A stretch of DNA of 64,000 bases from the human T2T-CHM13v2.0 reference genome, Homo sapiens: the NCBI RefSeq assembly GCF_009914755.1, contig NC_060935.1. One strand, 5' to 3'. How positions within the stretch are numbered: position 1 is the first letter of the stretch; every line of letters begins with the position of its first letter. The notes beneath the pieces are model-generated. The model had not been told where the DNA came from, did not search any database, and was given only the letters and a program-made list of their open reading frames with translations. A program made the translations under genes and the position numbers. Shown here one piece after another: positions 54,359-64,000 of the stretch.

Positions 54359-56091
54359 CCCAGGAGTTCAAGTTTGCAATGAACTATGATCAGCCTGGGT
54401 GACAAAGACCCTGTCTCAAAAAAAAAAAAAAAAAAAATTAAAGGTAATTGGTAAGTTATGTTAGGCTTTTAAAAGAATCAAATAAAAGTAAATTCTAAAT
54501 AAGAGCCAAGTTGAAAATTTTTTTCATGGATGTGTAAATCTTACCGTGTTATTATGTTTAGCACCTATAACTGGTACATTGAACAAATAGATGTATAGGG
54601 TGCAATTTGTAAGTAACTTATTTTCACTCCACATGTTAAAACACACCTGGTGGAGTTAATCCTCCCATGCTCATTGAATAAAATAAGATACAAATCTCAT
54701 GAGTTTTCTGGTTGTTCAAGTAAAAAATGTTTGACTTCCCTTCTATGTCCCTGTCTAAAATTTCTCTCCTAATCGCCACCACATCTGCCCCCACCCCAAC
54801 TCCCATCATCACCACCAACTCCAGGTTTCCTTCCTTCTTTCAAGTTCAAACAGAGGAACAGGCAAGAACATTCTTAACTTGGCTACTACAGTTCTGTGAT
54901 TAAGGGCTGGTACTCTTTGAGCTTGGCAGATGTTTACAGTTGACACTTGTAACTTTATGCGTGCGTTCTTTGGTAACACCTTAACTCTCACCTTAGCCCA
55001 ATGAGAAAATACTGGTAATCTTGTGCTTACCCTTGGGTAAATATATTTCATCTGGCTATCAGCTCAATATTAATAGCTAGCATGTATAGCTACACTCCCA
55101 GCTTTTTTTCTGTGGAAGTCTCATCCTTCTTTGTGAACCTTTCTCGTAGCCCTGGTCTAATCCAAATACCTACAGAGTGGCTTTGCCTCTGAGAGTGCAG
55201 ACTTTGACCATATCCCAAACTCATTTTTGCAATTAGCCAAAATTTCTTGCTCTCATCCACTAGAATGTTAGCTCCATGAAGCGGGGAATTTTTATCTATT
55301 TTGCTCACCACTGCATTTGCCTATACCTAGAATAGGCGAATACAGTGCCTGTACTTAATAAGTGCTACATTAAGTATTGAATGAATGAATTCCTCAGATA
55401 TGAGTCAGACACTAGTCCACTGTGACCTCAACCCCTGCCCTACCCCCCTGCTAGGTGTAGGGATCATATATCAAAGTTTCATTAAAGCCTCTTTCCCTAG
55501 GTGTGAGGTGAGGAAAAAGCAATGTCCACTCACAGCACACCAAAAACTCTCAAAATCTTCTAAACTCCAGTCTCTGAATTAGAAGTAGATGGACAGCTAA
55601 GAGTTGCAAAAACAGTTCCCTTTCCACTCCTGCCACCTTTTTTGGGCAATTTCTACTTTTTATGGTTTTCCACTTTATTATAAAATACGAGAATATTGGC
55701 ATTTTACTTTCTTGGAGCCTCAGCCAAACTGAGACAGAAAGAGTCCCTTTTAAAATGCAACTACACATATAAAGCTTAATTGCACTTATTTGTTCATATG
55801 TTGTCCTCACATTAAATCAGGAGCCGCTGGAGGATAATGTTTCATATTTATCTTTGTACATATGTTTAATGTGTCACACTGACTCGATGCTCAATAAAAT
55901 TTAGTTAAGAGTTAGTGGGCTGGATGCAGTGGCTCATGCCCGTAATCCCAGCACTTTGGGAGGCCAAGACGGGCAGATCATGAGGTCAGGAGTTCGAGAC
56001 CAGCCTGACCAACATGGTGAAACCCTGTCGCTACTAAAAATACAAAAATTGGCCAGGTGCGGTGGTGCACGCCTGTAATCCTAGCTACTTA

Positions 56092-56238
<147 letters not shown>

Positions 56239-56429
56239 CTAGTAGTAGTAGCAATAATTTCAAATAATTTACATAGTACCAAAAGTTGAAGTCTAAAACT
56301 CTATGTTTCTAGTACTCTTCTAGTAGATAGTTTTATCTGGAAATATTTATAGGAAAATTGTGGAATTGCTTATACTTTGTCATTGTGCTAGATATTCTCT
56401 GATAACCCTATAGATATACTTCACCCTTT

Positions 56430-57090
<661 letters not shown>

Positions 57091-57605
57091 TACTTTAATC
57101 TTTTATAGATTGCATCAGTAAGATCCCTTCCTCTCTAGCTCCTGGTTGGGCTCAGCTAATGGAAGACACTAGTAGATCAGAAAGCAATAGGAAAGAGATA
57201 TCAGATTATGTATTACCTTCTCCCACTCCATGTTGGCCACAGGTTGGCAGTGGTACTGCATTACCACTTGCTGTTCCCCTGCCCACATTCTGATTATACT
57301 CTCTTCAGTTACCCCTTTGGAGAGTGCATCTGATTCTTGCTGAGACTCTGACTAATATAATACCATTTTAATTTTTTTCAGGGTACAGGAGTTATCCAAT
57401 ACTTTTTTCTGTGAAAAAAAAAAAATCCTCATCTTTTTTTGACATTAAGTTTGTATTATACTTCTGGAAATGTTAATATCAATAGGTCTAAAACAGCTGG
57501 AAAATAGAACCTAAGTTTATTATCTATGCCCTTCCCTATTTTCGACCTGTTCAAATATATAGGAAAAACAGCTTACAGCTGGTTTTATAATATACATTTT
57601 TTCTA

Positions 57606-58199
<594 letters not shown>

Positions 58200-58273
58200 T
58201 TAAAAAAAATCTAAAAATAGCTGCTAAAAAAAGACAATATGATAAATTACTATATTGTACTAGGTAGTGAAAC

Positions 58274-58386
58274 TTACTGTGTTTTTTCCCCTTCAATACT
58301 ATCCATCTAGAGAAGGGAGAATATCCTGAGAATATATTTTCCAATATGTGTAACATGTATATACATCGTGTGTACATATGCATATT
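58274..58386 (+). repeat. 113-bp direct repeat, second copy at 59945-60057
   Basis: 111/113 identical by manual alignment. Confidence 0.92.
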
Positions 58387-59193
58387 GTGTATATGATTCT
58401 TATTTCATAGAAATAAATACTGCATTTCTTTAGGTCCACTTGAATCTAAGCCTGAGCTCCCATCCTGCCATGCTGGTGAGAAATTCTACCTTAGTTATCA
58501 TTGAGCATTTCCTCTCCATCCAGGGTTGTACAAAGTTTCTAGGGCTTGAATTATTATAGAAGTACCTGGAATTATCTCAAATTACTTGGTCATCTCTCCA
58601 CATTGATTTGGTGCTGGGATTCCCTTTTGTGCCATCTTCACTTCAGACTGGTGACTCTCATATTTCTTTACCACTGTTGGTACTCAAGAATCTGGAATCA
58701 AGTAAGTGAATGTGGCAGCCCCTGCACCCAAGTACAGCTTCCTAAGGTACCCCATGTGGCTTTCCTCTTTGAGGTTTTGCCACTATCTGGGCTTTGTTAC
58801 AGAACAAGATGGGAATCTTAGCTATTCACTCAAACTATAGGCTTCAGACTTCTAAGTTTTTTTCTTTTTTCTTTTCTTTTCTTTTTTTTTTTTAATAGAA
58901 ACGGGGTCTCACTATGTTGCCCAGGCAGGTCTTGAACTCCTGGGCTCGAGCCATCTACCCAGCTCAGCCTCCCAAAGTGCTGGGATTACAGGCATGAGCC
59001 ACTGAGCTTGGCCCAGACTTCTAACTTTTGAGGAATCCCTCTTTCACCTCCCTCTTCTCATTTCACAAGACAGAGCCTATGGTATTTCTGAGCAGTGTTT
59101 GCTTTTTGCCTTACAAAAATCTGAAGTCTAGATACTTGCTTGAATGGGAGAAAGGGGTAGTAGGATAGGAGAACACATAAAATTAATATCTCA

Positions 59194-59310
<117 letters not shown>

Positions 59311-59316
59311 CTACTA

Positions 59317-59475
<159 letters not shown>

Positions 59476-60210
59476 TCAAAAATACATACATACATACATA
59501 CATAAATAAAATAAAATAAAAATTAATATCTCAAAATAAACTGCCACAAAAAATTTGTATCAAATTATATATGATTCTTTTTAAACCTGCTTTTCTATGT
59601 AAACATTAAACCACGAACATTTCTTCATGTCACATGCTTTAAATGTCTGTATAGCTATAAGGTATTACATCATATAAATGTTTCATAATTTATTTGACTA
59701 ATATTTGATAGCCTTTAAACAGCTTGCTTTAAACTAGCCTTATCTGCACCCACTCCCACCTTTTTAAAATTTTAATTTTAATTTATTTGTTTATTTTTAG
59801 GACAGGCTTTTGCTCTGTTGCCCAGGCTGGAGTGCAGTGGTGTGATCAAAGTTCACTCCTGGGCTCAAGCAACTCTCCTGCCTCAGCCTCTAGAGTAGCT
59901 GGGTCTACAGGAGTGAGCCACTGTGCTGACCATTTTTTTTTTAATTACTGTGTTTTTTCCCTTTCAATACTATCCATCTGGAGAAGGGAGAATATCCTGA
60001 GAATATATTTTCCAATATGTGTAACATGTATATACATCGTGTGTACATATGCATATTTAAAAAAATTAAAAAAACAAACAAACCTGCTTATAGGAGGCCA
60101 GGTGCGGTGGCTCACGCCTGTAATCCCAGCACTTTGGGAGGCAGGCAGATCTCCTGAGATCAGGAATTCAAGACCAGCCTGGCCAACATGGCAAAACCCC
60201 GTCTCTACTA

Positions 60211-60438
<228 letters not shown>

Positions 60439-60758
60439 TTATTCAGAAGCTAAGGTTTTTTTTTTTTCTGGCAACAGCTAACACTTGGAATAGAGCAATC
60501 TGGAATTAATAGACATAATTGGGAAGAATAACAATTTAGAGTTATATCTAAACTGTATAATATAATTTTCCTCCCTCAGTGTGTGACTAAAAGAGAGGCC
60601 TGTACAAAAGCCATGGCACACTTGAGTTGTTTAGAAATATTTTTTTCCAGAAATTAAGCAATTATTACAGACTGTCATCTAGATAGTTGAGTAACAATGA
60701 ATCTTACATGTTCATGGGAAAATTTCTTTTTCTTTCTTTCTTTTTTTTTTTTTTTTGA

Positions 60759-61021
<263 letters not shown>

Positions 61022-61603
61022 TGAGCCACCCCACCCGGCCATTCATGGGAAAATTTCAGTTTGGCTTTTATTTGGATTTTTTTTATTCTAAAAAATCCTG
61101 AAATAACTAATAATGGTCTTTAAATTGGAGAATTAGTGTTGTTTTTCTGTTCCATTCTTCCTGCAAGATACCTCTATTGATCAATTTTGCAAATACTGGT
61201 TAAGAATCAGGGTGTATCCTGATCCAAATCCCCAAATCATGCTTCGAGGAGTTGAAAGCCATTAAAACCCCAAGAAACCAAATATCTCTTTTGTTGGTCC
61301 ACAAGTAGGGCTTTTATATAAGAGCCACTCTGAAGTGTCCAGCCAAGCACTTTCAGCCACCAATATATATGCATAGAAGGTAATAGTGAAAAGCACAGGT
61401 TTTGGAGCCAGACATTTCTCATTCCTTCAAAAAATATTTGTTGATCACCTTACTATATACTAAGCATTATTACTAACAATAATAACTGTTATTACTAATC
61501 CCGGCCAATGTCTTCTCATTTTCAAAATAAACCTCTCTTAGGCCGCGCGAGGTGGCTCACGCCTGTAATCCCAGCACTTTGGGAGGCCGAGGGGGGCGGA
61601 TCA

Positions 61604-62147
<544 letters not shown>

Positions 62148-62999
62148 TGATCCGCCCGCCTCGGCCTCCCGAAGTGCTGGGATTACAGGCGTGAGCCACC
62201 GCGCCCTGCCAAAGGCAACATTTTTTCGTGTCATGATGGCTTCAGAATTTCTTTTCCTTTAGCTTGTTGCTGGAGTGGCAACGGCAACAAGAGAACAGAC
62301 ATTTTATGATGGAAGGAGTATGCTTACAAATAGGCCAAATATTTTCATTTGTTTTATTTCTTTATCTTTCCTCAAGACAAGAGAGAAAAAATTCAATCCT
62401 TAGTCTGCCAATAGACCAATAATTCCTAAGATATTGTTTACAATAAAAGTAATATGTCCTTTAAAACTAATGTTTTCTAGAATTTCAGTGGCAAACTAAG
62501 TGCGCAGTTCCTTCCTCTACTGCTAGGTGGCGATTAATGCCTTATTTAGAAAAAACAATTCTTCCTCCCTGACCCCACCACCCTCGCCCAGAAAAATACG
62601 TGCATTTTCTCTTCTTTAAGGTAAGACTTCCCTTAAGGATAATATTCTTTTATTCCTGTTTTGTCCAAGTGAATTTACATTCACCTTTTCCTTTAATTGT
62701 TAAGAATAACACATACAAATCAAACGCATACTGCAATAACTAAGGAAGAATAGATCATATCTTTTAAAGAGGGTGGTTTCCAAACTGAGTGTATGTTCAT
62801 GAATGATACAGAGTAGGAAGTTGCTATAACTTCCCTGCAGGGTTTTTTTTTTTTTTCAGTTTCACTAAAGAAAAATTTCCTGGCCCATGCTAACATCATG
62901 CCTAATGTGATTAATTATAAATATAACATTATTAAATATAAAATAAAAATAGAGAAGGAAAATTATTTTAAAGACCTAAAGGCAATTTTAATGTGGTAA

Positions 63000-63317
<318 letters not shown>

Positions 63318-64000
63318 TAATGTGAACTATGGGAAAAACAACGAAATAATTATTCATAAAAGTAACTGAGGGGGTATAATATAAAAAAATTTTTTTTCAG
63401 GCAATCTTTCAATATTTATTCCTAGCAAAATTACTTAAAAACTACACATAGTTCCTATGTATTTATAAGTCTAGTGAATCTGGTCTACATTTTTTTCTAA
63501 GTATGTTTAATTGTGTGTACATTGCTGTCTCCAACCTTCTTTGCCAAAAAGAATACGTGTAGTGGATGTTTGTTTTATATAAAATTCAAATATTGAATCC
63601 CTGTTTAAAGAAGACTCTCGGTTTGGGTCTTAAACTAAAGACTTTTCCCAGGCTGGACTCGATGAAGTCTAAAATCAAAAAGAAAAGCTGCTTCTGGCAT
63701 TCTAGGCCTTCCCTGCATCCAGATGGCCTGTCTGTAGCCTAGCCAGAACCAAACCCTTCCTGCTGCCTTTTCAGCTGGTCTTGGATGACAGCCCCATGCT
63801 ACGCCAGCTTCCATATCCCTTAACTCTTGAATGTCCAAGATTTTTAAGAAGAAGTGGGACTTCCCATGTGAATTTGGTTGAAAGGGTAAATCAAGTTTTA
63901 TACTTGAAGTTTAGTTTATAAAATATTTATTCACATCACTACCACCAACCCCTTCACAGGCTTCCTCCCACAGTAGCTCAGTCAGCCAAGTGGCATCAGA

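Overview
Human/hominoid genomic DNA, recognisable as the PSMA1-COPB1 locus. The minus strand carries the complete short-isoform PSMA1 gene (20S proteasome alpha subunit). It has 10 coding exons from 45596 to 30468 (263 aa), and intron 5 is U12-type. About 5 kb downstream lies the 5' part of COPB1 (coatomer beta): non-coding exon 1 near 25.0 kb and coding exons 2-13 down to 1064, continuing beyond the window. Each gene starts in a CpG-rich promoter. The rest is Alu-dense, with L1, L2, Tigger2-type, MER and MLT fragments and a U7 snRNA retrocopy. A 4.8-kb two-LTR HERV-H provirus (49557-54358) is inserted inside an Alu. It has a tRNA-Phe-like PBS and a gag deletion starting at the leader splice donor. 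Other oddities are a local inverted duplication in PSMA1 intron 8, a near-perfect 113-bp dispersed duplication, and a competing poison 5' splice site at COPB1 exon 11. Nearly all ORFs in the supplied track are repeat-derived. All coordinates and repeat family calls were made by eye.
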